A stretch of DNA of 44,110 nucleotides. Source: Chloroflexota bacterium (GTDB taxonomy: Bacteria; Chloroflexota; Limnocylindria; Limnocylindrales; CSP1-4). The notes under the pieces are model-generated. The model had not been told where the DNA came from and made no database searches. It was given only the letters and a program-made list of their open reading frames with translations. Location of the stretch: the NCBI GenBank assembly GCA_043739665.1, contig JAYUDR010000008.1:1-44110 (forward strand), in the 5' to 3' direction. The translations under genes were made by a program, and so were the position numbers. Shown here one piece after another: positions 16,984 through 24,742 of the stretch; the stretch's first letter is position 1, and every line of letters starts with the position of its first letter.

Positions 16984-18249
16984 ATGGAAACCGCCAGGCT
17001 GGTCCCGCTACCGTCGCCGATAGGCCGGCTGCCCACGGTTCGGGTCGAGGCCAACCGGGTGGTCATCGAGCACCTCGTTCTGGACGACCACGCCCTCGCG
17101 GCCTTCGTCGCCGACAGACCGGTCGAAGAACGCGCCCTCCTTGTGGAGCGAGCCTTGCGCGTCGGCCTGACAGCCATCGCCAGCGTGGGCGTCACGGTGA
17201 ACGTTGACGCCGTCCGAGCCGAATTCCAGGGGCTGCTGCGTCAGACCGAAGCCGCCAACGAGAAGGCCGCCACCGCCCTGGACACGATGCTCCGCCAGAA
17301 CTTCGCCGACGGCGAGGGCCGCCTGCCGCGGACTCTTGAGAAGTTCCTGGGCGACAAGGGCCAGCTGCGAGGGTTCGTTGACGACCTTTTCGATGAAGGC
17401 AAGCGAGACAGCGCCATCGGCCGGATGAAGGTTCTGCTGGGCGCGTACTTCGACGGTGACGCCTCAAAGCTGGCTCAGCTGCTGGATCCTACGCGACTGG
17501 GCTCGCCGCTCCACCAGTTCCGCGTCGAGATGGCTGAGGGGTTCAACCGTATCGGTGAGCGGCTGGCCGCACTGGAGGCGGCGGGAGCGGCGCGGGCGGG
17601 AGAGCGAGCCAAGGGGTCGGCCAAGGGCGTGGACTTCGAGGAGATCGTGGACGAAGTGCTCGGAGCCATCGCCCGCGGCTCGGGCGACATCCTCGAGCGG
17701 ACCGGGACGGGGACCGGGGCCACGATCGCGTCCAAGAAGGGCGATTTCGTGCTGACACTCAACGCCGAGGCCACGGCGGGCTATGAGCTTCGCATCGTCA
17801 TCGAATGCAAGGACCGCTATGTCTCGGGCCGGGCCATGCGCGACGAGCTGCGCGAGGCCAAGTCCAACCGAGACGCGGCCGTCGCGCTGGTCGTCTTCAC
17901 CCCGGCCCATGCGCCAACGGGCATCGCCCCGTTCGACGTGCGGGCGGGTGACGTCTACTGCGTCCTGGATCCAGCCGCCCCGGAGCCCGCCACGCTGGAG
18001 GCTGCCGTGAGGCTGGCGCGGCTGCTGGCCATGCAGACATTGCGCGACCACGACGTGGAGGTGGACGCGGCGGCAGTGGCAGAGGCCTTGAAAGGCGTCC
18101 GTGAGCAGCTCGAAACGCTTCGCGCCCTGAAGATGACCCTAACCTCGATCGGTACGAGCGCCAAGGAGGTCTACGCCGGGCTCGACAGACTCCGCGACGG
18201 CATACTCGCCCGCATCACCGAGGCCGAGGCCGAACTGCGCCCACGGTAG
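16984..18249 (+). CDS. Hypothetical protein with coiled-coil regions and a PD-(D/E)xK-like nuclease core
   Basis: The ATG at 16984 (METARLVPLPSP...) was chosen; the track ORF's 55 upstream codons overlap alkA. The core is KKGDFVLTLNAEATAGYELRIVIECKDRYVSG...AAVALVVFT, which has D-x19-ExK spacing and the strand pattern of restriction-endonuclease-fold proteins (arranged like DUF2130/RmuC, as far as I recall). Ala/Leu/Glu-rich helices flank it. Confidence 0.6.
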   Translation: METARLVPLPSPIGRLPTVRVEANRVVIEHLVLDDHALAAFVADRPVEERALLVERALRVGLTAIASVGVTVNVDAVRAEFQGLLRQTEAANEKAATALDTMLRQNFADGEGRLPRTLEKFLGDKGQLRGFVDDLFDEGKRDSAIGRMKVLLGAYFDGDASKLAQLLDPTRLGSPLHQFRVEMAEGFNRIGERLAALEAAGAARAGERAKGSAKGVDFEEIVDEVLGAIARGSGDILERTGTGTGATIASKKGDFVLTLNAEATAGYELRIVIECKDRYVSGRAMRDELREAKSNRDAAVALVVFTPAHAPTGIAPFDVRAGDVYCVLDPAAPEPATLEAAVRLARLLAMQTLRDHDVEVDAAAVAEALKGVREQLETLRALKMTLTSIGTSAKEVYAGLDRLRDGILARITEAEAELRPR

Positions 18250-18380
18250 GCCGCTCGCCGGCCGGGCGGTTCCCGCTGCCGGAACAATCACGATCGACTC
18301 TAGAAAATGCGCCATCCGGCGCTAAGCTCGCGTTTGGCGAGCTGGACCAATATGGGCTCGCACTGTTGAGGTGCTGCCAA

Positions 18381-19319
18381 ATGGCGCGATCGATGTGGAA
18401 GGGGGCAATCCAGTTCGGCCTGGTCACGATTCCGGTGAAGCTGTATCTGGCCACGGAATCGAAGGGCGTGGGCTTCAACATGCTCCATAGCCAGTGCCAC
18501 GGCCGAATCCAGATGAAGACTTACTGTCCCACGGACGACGTCTTTATCGAGCGCGGCGACACGGTCCGCGGCTACGAGGTATCGCCCGGTCAGTACGTCG
18601 TCGTATCGGACAGCGACCTCGCCTCGGTGCCGCTGAAGACGGTCCGCTCCATAGAGATTGAGCAATTCGTGCCTATCGCGGCGGAGGGCGAGGGTACTCG
18701 CTTCGTGAAACAGGCCTACTACCTGGAACCCGAACCGATCGCGCGCAGAGCGTTCTACCTCCTCAAGCAGGTTCTCGCCGAGCGCGGCCTCAGGGCAATT
18801 GCCAAAATCGTCCTGAAGGACCGCGAGCAGCTGGCGTCGCTTGACCCGCTCGCTTCCACGATGCTTCTCTCAACGCTTTACTGGCCCGATGAGATCCGGT
18901 CTACAGCCGAACTCGCACTGCCCGAGCCCGAAATCCAGATCAAGCCGGCGGAGCGTGCGATAGCCGAGCAGCTGATCGATGCCATGACGGGCGAGTTCAA
19001 CCGGTCCGCTTACCACGACGAATACCGAGAGGCTTTGTTGGCCATAGTCGAAGCCAAGGCCGCCGGCGCCGAGATCGCCGAACCGGCTGCCGCTCCAGCT
19101 GCCGGCGTCACGGATCTGATGGCCGCTCTGGAGGCGAGCGTTGCCGCCGCCAAGGCCGCTCGCGGAAGCGTGGCACCCGTGACTCTCGCCGCGGCCGCGT
19201 CAAGACGGTCCCGCAAGGCCGCCTCGGGGGTCGGCCGGACTCCGGCGCCTGTTGCCCCAGCAGCAGGCGTGCCTACCGGAGTCGAAGTAGTCCAGATCCG
19301 GCGCCGCAAGTCGGCCTAG
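18381..19319 (+). CDS. ku: Ku protein (non-homologous end joining)
   Basis: MARSMWKGAIQFGLVTIPVKLYLATE is the canonical bacterial Ku N-terminus. GAGGTG lies 7 nt upstream of the ATG at 18381. The C-terminal tail is Ala/Arg-rich. Confidence 0.92.
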   Translation: MARSMWKGAIQFGLVTIPVKLYLATESKGVGFNMLHSQCHGRIQMKTYCPTDDVFIERGDTVRGYEVSPGQYVVVSDSDLASVPLKTVRSIEIEQFVPIAAEGEGTRFVKQAYYLEPEPIARRAFYLLKQVLAERGLRAIAKIVLKDREQLASLDPLASTMLLSTLYWPDEIRSTAELALPEPEIQIKPAERAIAEQLIDAMTGEFNRSAYHDEYREALLAIVEAKAAGAEIAEPAAAPAAGVTDLMAALEASVAAAKAARGSVAPVTLAAAASRRSRKAASGVGRTPAPVAPAAGVPTGVEVVQIRRRKSA

Positions 19320-19387
19320 AGGCGAGAGGCGTCGCCGGCTCGCCGGTTGGACCTACGTTGCCGCGCGCGATGCGTGGCCGCGGGCCT

Positions 19388-19559
19388 TCTAGTCGGACTT
19401 GCCTGGCGTGGGAGTTAGGCGAGGAGTGGAACCCGGAGCAAGGCCTCCGCCGCCCGGCTCGACGTTCGCCGAGCGTGGGTTGTCCGGCTTACGCCCTGCC
19501 GCAACCCGACGAGGCGCCGGCATCTGCGCCAACGTTCACCTGAGGCAAGTCTGACTAGA
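19388..19559. other. 172-bp element bounded by a 17-bp inverted repeat (MITE-like element or closing helix of a structured RNA)
   Basis: 19388-19404 (tctagtcggacttgcct) is the reverse complement of 19543-19559 (aggcaagtctgactaga), apart from one position that would be a G-U pair in RNA. The 138 nt enclosed contain several short GC hairpins. Confidence 0.6.
19456..19489 (+). repeat. 34-nt direct repeat, copy 1 (ggctcgacgttcgccgagcgtgggttgtccggct)
   Basis: Matches 19621-19654 at 31 of 34 positions, with an offset of 165 nt. Copy 1 lies inside the IR-bounded element. Confidence 0.85.
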
Positions 19560-19578
19560 TGGTGGGCCCAAACGCCGA

Positions 19579-19605
19579 CCCCGCCGGCCCCGCCGGCCCC
19601 GCCGG
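19579..19605 (+). repeat. 9-bp x3 perfect tandem repeat (ccccgccgg)
   Basis: Read directly. It is intergenic and lies between the two copies of the 34-nt repeat. Confidence 0.85.
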
Positions 19606-19620
19606 CGCCCGTCGCTGCCA

Positions 19621-19654
19621 GGTTCAACGTTCGCCGAGCGCGGGTTGTCCGGCT
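19621..19654 (+). repeat. 34-nt direct repeat, copy 2 (ggttcaacgttcgccgagcgcgggttgtccggct)
   Basis: Matches 19456-19489 at 31 of 34 positions. It ends about 80 nt upstream of the GNAT ATG at 19737. Confidence 0.85.
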
Positions 19655-19723
19655 CGCGGTGTATCGCGGCCGGAAAATGCGACCCAGAGCGCTTCGGGCC
19701 GTACCGGGACAACCTCGCCGCGC

Positions 19724-19729
19724 TAACCT
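19724..19729 (+). promoter_or_regulatory. Candidate -10 hexamer TAACCT for a leaderless GNAT transcript
   Basis: TAACCT, then 7 nt, then ATG(19737). No SD is visible. Confidence 0.35.
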
Positions 19730-19736
19730 AGGGGCC

Positions 19737-20405
19737 ATGTCGCATCCGTGGCCGCTATTCGATTTGCGGGTTCGCACGCCCAACCTCGAACTGCGCCTGC
19801 CGACCGATGACGACTTGCTGGAGCTAGCCCGAGTCGCCCGCGCCGGGATCGTCGACGCCGACCGGACCGTCTTTTTGGTCCCCTGGCACAAGCTCCCCTC
19901 CCCTGCCTTCGAGCGCCAGTTCCTGCTTCACTGGTGGGGCGACCGGGCCAAGTGGAGCCCCGCGGCTTGGTCTCTCGGACTCGTTGTCCTGAAGGATGGC
20001 CAGCCAATTGGAGTCCAGGAACTGACGGCCCGCAACTTCGCCATCAAGCGTGTAATCAACTCGGGCAGCTGGTTGGGCCGCGAGTTCCAGGGCCGGGGCT
20101 TCGGAACCGAGGCGCGGGCCGCGATCCTCGGCCTGGCCTTTGACGGCCTGGGCGCGGATGCCGCCGAATCCGGCTACATCGAAGGAAACGCCGCCTCCGC
20201 GCGCGTCTCGGAGAAGCTCGGCTACCGCGTCACGGGCGACGAGTTCTTCGCGATCGAGGGCAAGCGCGAGTTGGAGGTCAAGGTCCGCTGCACGCCGCAG
20301 ACCTGGAAACGCGACCTCGTCCCCGTCACGATCGAAGCCCTGGAACCGTGCCTCAAGTTGTTCGGCGTCGGCGAACTCGGCCCTGACGACTGGGCAACCT
20401 TCTAG
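19737..20405 (+). CDS. GNAT family N-acetyltransferase (RimJ/RimL-like, Acetyltransf_3 type)
   Basis: MSHPWPLFDLRVRTPNLELRLPTDDDL... and WLGREFQGRGFGTEARAAILGLAF (motif A). The ATG at 19737 was chosen over the longer track ORF. Confidence 0.82.
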   Translation: MSHPWPLFDLRVRTPNLELRLPTDDDLLELARVARAGIVDADRTVFLVPWHKLPSPAFERQFLLHWWGDRAKWSPAAWSLGLVVLKDGQPIGVQELTARNFAIKRVINSGSWLGREFQGRGFGTEARAAILGLAFDGLGADAAESGYIEGNAASARVSEKLGYRVTGDEFFAIEGKRELEVKVRCTPQTWKRDLVPVTIEALEPCLKLFGVGELGPDDWATF

Positions 20406-20422
20406 GCCAGGCTTGCCTGGCC
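20405..20422. terminator. Small hairpin between the convergent GNAT and bioY genes
   Basis: ggccagg (20405-20411) pairs with cctggcc (20416-20422), loop cttg. There is no clear U-tract, so the call is weak. Confidence 0.3.
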
Positions 20423-20443
20423 CGACGTCCCGGCGTCGCGCGC

Positions 20444-21109
20444 CTAACGATCGCCGGCGCGGCGGCCCACCAGCCACCATGCGAAGGGGAAGATGCCGGC
20501 CGCTATGGCCAGCTTTATGACATCGCCTATCACGAACGGCGTGAAGCCCAAGGCGATAGCTTCCGCGGGCGACTTATGCAGAGCGAGAGCCAGCCACGGC
20601 ACACCGATGGCGTAAACCACGACCTCGCCGAGGATCATCGCGCCAACCGCGCCGCCGATATGGCGGTCCCAGCCCATCTCGGCCAACCAACCAACCAGGG
20701 CGGCGGCGAACAGGAAGCTGACGAGGTATCCACCCCGGGCGCCCATCACGACGCCGGCAGAGTTGAGACTGATTATCGTGTTCAGGCCGTGCTGCTGGCC
20801 CGCATAGATCGGCAGGAATAGCCCCAGCACGATGTAGAAGGCCACCGAAAGGGCGCCGCGGCGCAGACCAAGAGCTCCGCCGACCACCAAGACAGCCAGA
20901 GTCTGGCCGGTGATCGGGATTGGGTTGCCGGGGATGGTGAAGGCGACGTTCGCGGTGATGGCGATGAAGGCGGCGCCCACGCAAATGAGCGCCATGTGGC
21001 GGATCCGAGCGCTCAACCGCTCGCCGACCCGGATGGGGACAAGGAAGTCACCGATGGTGATCCCGCGCTCAGTGGCGGGGAGACGGTTCAGGTGCGTTGT
21101 CGCGAGCAT
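20444..21109 (-). CDS. bioY: Biotin transporter BioY
   Basis: LAVLVVGGALGLRRGALSV..., ARGGYLVSFLFAAALVGWLAE and FVIGDVIKLAIAA are BioY-like, with 5-6 TM segments. The ATG at 21109 (MLATTHLNRL) was chosen. Confidence 0.8.
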   Translation of the reverse strand: MLATTHLNRLPATERGITIGDFLVPIRVGERLSARIRHMALICVGAAFIAITANVAFTIPGNPIPITGQTLAVLVVGGALGLRRGALSVAFYIVLGLFLPIYAGQQHGLNTIISLNSAGVVMGARGGYLVSFLFAAALVGWLAEMGWDRHIGGAVGAMILGEVVVYAIGVPWLALALHKSPAEAIALGFTPFVIGDVIKLAIAAGIFPFAWWLVGRRAGDR

Positions 21110-21235
21110 GCGTCGGGTTTCCCTTTGCGGCGCGGCTGTATCCCGGACCGTTCTCCTGGCCCGGCGGGGCGAGTCTAGCAGGCGAAGCAACTTCACCTGA
21201 GCGCGACCCGCGGAGCGGATCGGCTGAAGGAATCG

Positions 21236-23839
21236 CTACTCGTGCTGAAGGCCGCGCACAATCGACTGGCGACTGGCCATGCCGGCCGGATAAATGGCTG
21301 CGGTGATGCTGACCAGGACACCGAAGCAGAAGGCCACACCGACGGACACCCAGGGCGGATCAAAGGCCAGCCCGAAACCGCCGCTCGACCAGAAGACAAG
21401 CAATGCGCCGACTGCCAACCCTGCAAACGCCCCGACAAGCGCCCCAACAACGCCCAGTATCCCGGCCTCGATGACGACCATGCCCCAGACCTGGCGACTG
21501 GTCATGCCGGTTGCCCGGAGAACGCCAATTTCACGCCCTCGCTCGAGAACGCTCATTGAGAACGTGTTGAACATGCCCAGGCCGGCCACCAGGACGGCGA
21601 TAAGCGCCAGGGCATCGAGCAGGCGGAAGATGCGATCCAGCGCGTCGCCCACCGTGCCTGTTACTCGATCCAGATTGCTGGGCTGCAGGGCGTACGAAGT
21701 TGCCGCAGAGTCGAGCGCCGCTCGCCCATCTATTTCCTGACCAGGCAGGAAGCGAACAGCGTAGAAGTCGGCCCCAGTGACGCCGAACTGGCCCATCGCG
21801 TCCGACCAGCCGACGAGAATCGCCTCCTGAGCCTCGGACGGAATCGAATGGGCGACGATGCCCACCACGCGCAGGCTGGTCGGAGACGGGCCCGTCGCGA
21901 ATTCGACAGTGTCGCCGACGCGGATACCCGCGGCGTCGGCCAGGGACGTCGGCACGATCACAGAGCCGCTCGAGTCAAGGGCGCCGAGGGCCGACGTGCG
22001 GTCGCCCGACACGAAGGTCAGGCGACCATCCGTCAGGTAGTCTCGGCCCACGATCGCGGCCGCCTGCTGTCGAACCACAGACTTGTGGCTTCGTCCGTCG
22101 GCCTGGGTCGTGTAAACCCAGGGAGCGCCGAAGATCCCAATCGCCGAGATCGATTTGACGCCCCGAATGGCGGCCAACTCGTCCTTGATGGGACCCGTCG
22201 CAGAAACGGGCCTGATCGAGGTCAGTAGCTCAGTGCCCGGGATGGACTCGGCCAGCCAGCTGGAGCCGATCTTGCGAACGTTCTGCGCGGCCGTGCCGAG
22301 AGCCACGACCATGGCCAGAGCCACGACCAGAGCACCCGCTGTCAAGGCGGTCCGGCTGCGGTCGCGTGCCAGAGCACTGCGGGCCAGGCGCTCTTCGTTG
22401 CGGAAGATCCGGAACGGCAGGCCGGCGACTCGAAGTAGCGGCACAAGGAGCAAGGGGACCAGCAGCACGGTCACGAGTAGCAGGCCGTAGACGGCGAGCG
22501 GGGCCCACATGCCGGAGCCGCTGCCTGTAGCCAGCGATTCGGTCGCGGCGTTGCCGCCGCCGCTGGCGCGCGGCCAGACGGCGAGCCCTGCCAGCGCCAG
22601 AACGCCAAAGACAACGACGAGCCAACGCAACCGGGCCGCTCCAGCGACAGCTCCGCTCGGGCCGCGCCGCAGCGCCTCAACCGGCGGGATACGACCAGCG
22701 CGCCAGGCGGGCTCGAGCGAAGCGGCCAGCGTGATGGCTATGCCGATGAGCAGAGCCATTGCGATCGAGCCGGCCGACAACGACGGCGCTGCGACGGTGA
22801 TCGAGCCGGAGGATCCTACCCAGCCAAGGGTCAGCACGGCCATGCCGATGCCCCAGACCACCCCCAGGATCGAACCCACCACCCCCAGGACGAAGGCCTG
22901 CAGCAGAACGAAACTCATGACCTGAGACCGAGTCGTGCCGGCGGCGCGCAGCAGGCCCACCTCGCGGCCGCGTTCCGCGACGGTCATAGACAACGTGTTA
23001 AAGATGAGGAAGGCGCCCGCAAACAGGACGACCGCCGCCACGAGCAGAAGGGCGACTCGGAAATCGGCCGTCTCCGCCCGCAGTGAGTCGGCCAGGTCCT
23101 GAGTTCGCGACAAGAGGTAAGGCTCAGTCTGGATCGTGACGTCGAGTTGCCCCATCAACTCCTCGACAGGCACGCCGGGCGCAGCCCGGAGATCAACGCG
23201 CGTAAAGCCCTTTGTGTCGAAGAGCGCCTGGGCCGAGTCGAGCGACAGGAAGATGAGCCGTCCCTCAGCCTCGGGTAGAGGTCCGTTGCCGGTTACGATG
23301 CCTACGATCTTGAAGGCCTGCGGACCCGATACCACCGTCCCATTCAGAGTGATGGTGCCGCCCACGCCGAGGCCCTCGCCGGAGGCAAGTGTCTGGGTGA
23401 TCAGCGCCGACTGCCCGTCGGCCGCCGCCAGCAGCCGCCCGGACGCCAGAGGCAGGTCGTGGAGTATGGGCTCTTGAATCGGGTCGATTCCGAGCACCGT
23501 CACGGGCGGTGGCAGTTTGGCCGAGGGCGTTTGGGTCAGGCTGGTGGCGAGGTACGTCCTGCGCTCGAGGGCAGGCGCCGCAACCGAGACTCCGGCCATG
23601 TGATCTATAACGTCAAGGGTGGCCTGGCTTAGGCCGCGCTCTTCAAGGGCCCGGACCCGGAGGTCGGCGTGGCCGATCTCGTCGGCGGCGGCCTTGTCCA
23701 CGGCCGAGTCCATAGCCGCCCCGGCCGACAGAGAGGCATACAACACGGCCACACCCAAGCCGACGCCGACCATGGTCAGGAAGCTGCGCAGCTTTCGCGC
23801 GCCCAGGCTTCGCCAGGCCAGCGACGAGAGGCGCCGCAC
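21236..23839 (-). CDS. ABC transporter permease with two FtsX/MacB-type domains
   Basis: 867 aa. The pattern TM, large extracytoplasmic domain, 3 TM occurs twice, and the N-terminus LAWRSLGARKLRSFLTMVGVGLGVA is typical of FtsX-family permeases. The GTG start lies 3 nt after the ATPase stop. Confidence 0.85.
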   Translation of the reverse strand: MRRLSSLAWRSLGARKLRSFLTMVGVGLGVAVLYASLSAGAAMDSAVDKAAADEIGHADLRVRALEERGLSQATLDVIDHMAGVSVAAPALERRTYLATSLTQTPSAKLPPPVTVLGIDPIQEPILHDLPLASGRLLAAADGQSALITQTLASGEGLGVGGTITLNGTVVSGPQAFKIVGIVTGNGPLPEAEGRLIFLSLDSAQALFDTKGFTRVDLRAAPGVPVEELMGQLDVTIQTEPYLLSRTQDLADSLRAETADFRVALLLVAAVVLFAGAFLIFNTLSMTVAERGREVGLLRAAGTTRSQVMSFVLLQAFVLGVVGSILGVVWGIGMAVLTLGWVGSSGSITVAAPSLSAGSIAMALLIGIAITLAASLEPAWRAGRIPPVEALRRGPSGAVAGAARLRWLVVVFGVLALAGLAVWPRASGGGNAATESLATGSGSGMWAPLAVYGLLLVTVLLVPLLLVPLLRVAGLPFRIFRNEERLARSALARDRSRTALTAGALVVALAMVVALGTAAQNVRKIGSSWLAESIPGTELLTSIRPVSATGPIKDELAAIRGVKSISAIGIFGAPWVYTTQADGRSHKSVVRQQAAAIVGRDYLTDGRLTFVSGDRTSALGALDSSGSVIVPTSLADAAGIRVGDTVEFATGPSPTSLRVVGIVAHSIPSEAQEAILVGWSDAMGQFGVTGADFYAVRFLPGQEIDGRAALDSAATSYALQPSNLDRVTGTVGDALDRIFRLLDALALIAVLVAGLGMFNTFSMSVLERGREIGVLRATGMTSRQVWGMVVIEAGILGVVGALVGAFAGLAVGALLVFWSSGGFGLAFDPPWVSVGVAFCFGVLVSITAAIYPAGMASRQSIVRGLQHE

Positions 23840-23842
23840 GAG

Positions 23843-24670
23843 TTAGAGGCCCAGTTGCGCGAGGCGGGCGATCAGCGGTCCGGCATCGCGGTGGGCTGGC
23901 CGTCGGCCCAGCTCAATCTCGTCCCGGATCTTGCCGTCACCCACTACCAGGACTCGATCCGCATGGGCCGCGGCTCGGGCATCGTGGGTGACGAGGACGA
24001 TCGTCTGGCCGAACGCATCGCAGGAGTGCCACAGCTCGTCGAGGATCTCGCCGCCGGTCGCGTAGTCCAGGTTGCCGGTGGGTTCGTCGGCCAGCAGGAT
24101 CGCGGGTTTCGCGACCAGCGCCCGCGCCAGCGCCACCCGCTGCTGCTCACCGGCCGAGAGCTGGTCGGGGCGATTGCGTTCGCGGCCCTGCAGATCCACG
24201 AGTTCCAGCACTTCGCGAATCCGCGCGGCGGCGTCGCCGTGACGCGGATCGACGCCCGCGATCGTGTAGGGCAGCGCCACGTTCTCATATACGTCGAGTA
24301 ACGGGATCAGGTTGAAGAACTGGAATACAAAGCCGGTCTTCTCCCGCCGCAATCGAGTGGCCTGGGCGTCACTGAGATGACTCACAACCTCGCCATCCAG
24401 AACGACCTCGCCGCTGGTCGGTCGATCCAGGCCGCCCAGCAACTGCAGAAGCGTGCTCTTGCCGGACCCCGACGGCCCCATCAGGGCCACGAATTCACCG
24501 CGGCGGACCTGTAGCGACACCCCCCGCAGCGCGTCGACGTCGCGCGTTCCGAGCCTGTAGCGCTTGGTCAGGTTGCGAGCCTCAAGGATCACGCCGTCGC
24601 GCGCCCCGCCGTACGTCGGCCCCGCCGATCGACCGTCGGATGATTGTGGGGATGGCGCTTGGTTTGCCAT
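23843..24670 (-). CDS. ABC transporter ATP-binding protein (MacB/LolD-type)
   Basis: Walker [10 protein letters not shown], signature [15 protein letters not shown] and Walker [13 protein letters not shown]. Confidence 0.92.
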   Translation of the reverse strand: MANQAPSPQSSDGRSAGPTYGGARDGVILEARNLTKRYRLGTRDVDALRGVSLQVRRGEFVALMGPSGSGKSTLLQLLGGLDRPTSGEVVLDGEVVSHLSDAQATRLRREKTGFVFQFFNLIPLLDVYENVALPYTIAGVDPRHGDAAARIREVLELVDLQGRERNRPDQLSAGEQQRVALARALVAKPAILLADEPTGNLDYATGGEILDELWHSCDAFGQTIVLVTHDARAAAHADRVLVVGDGKIRDEIELGRRPAHRDAGPLIARLAQLGL

Positions 24671-24676
24671 GCCCGC

Positions 24677-24682
24677 AGTGTA
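24677..24682 (-). promoter_or_regulatory. Candidate -10 hexamer TACACT for a leaderless ABC operon transcript
   Basis: On the minus strand: TACACT, then 6 nt, then ATG(24670). No SD is visible. Confidence 0.35.
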
Positions 24683-24742
24683 GTCAAACGACGGTCAGGC
24701 GTAGGCCCCGGCCGTGTGACTATTTCCGGCAAGGCGCAATCT

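Noticed and set aside
16157-17023. 288-aa plus-strand ORF overlapping alkA
   Set aside because: It is an alternative frame of the region. The alkA frame carries the HhH-GPD motifs, whereas this frame is Arg-rich.
16170-19605. Short tandem repeats (15 bp x2, 9 bp x3, 18 nt x2) as a CRISPR array
   Set aside because: The units are adjacent or nearly so, with no unique spacers of 25-40 nt. There are only 2-3 copies and no cas genes, so this is not CRISPR.
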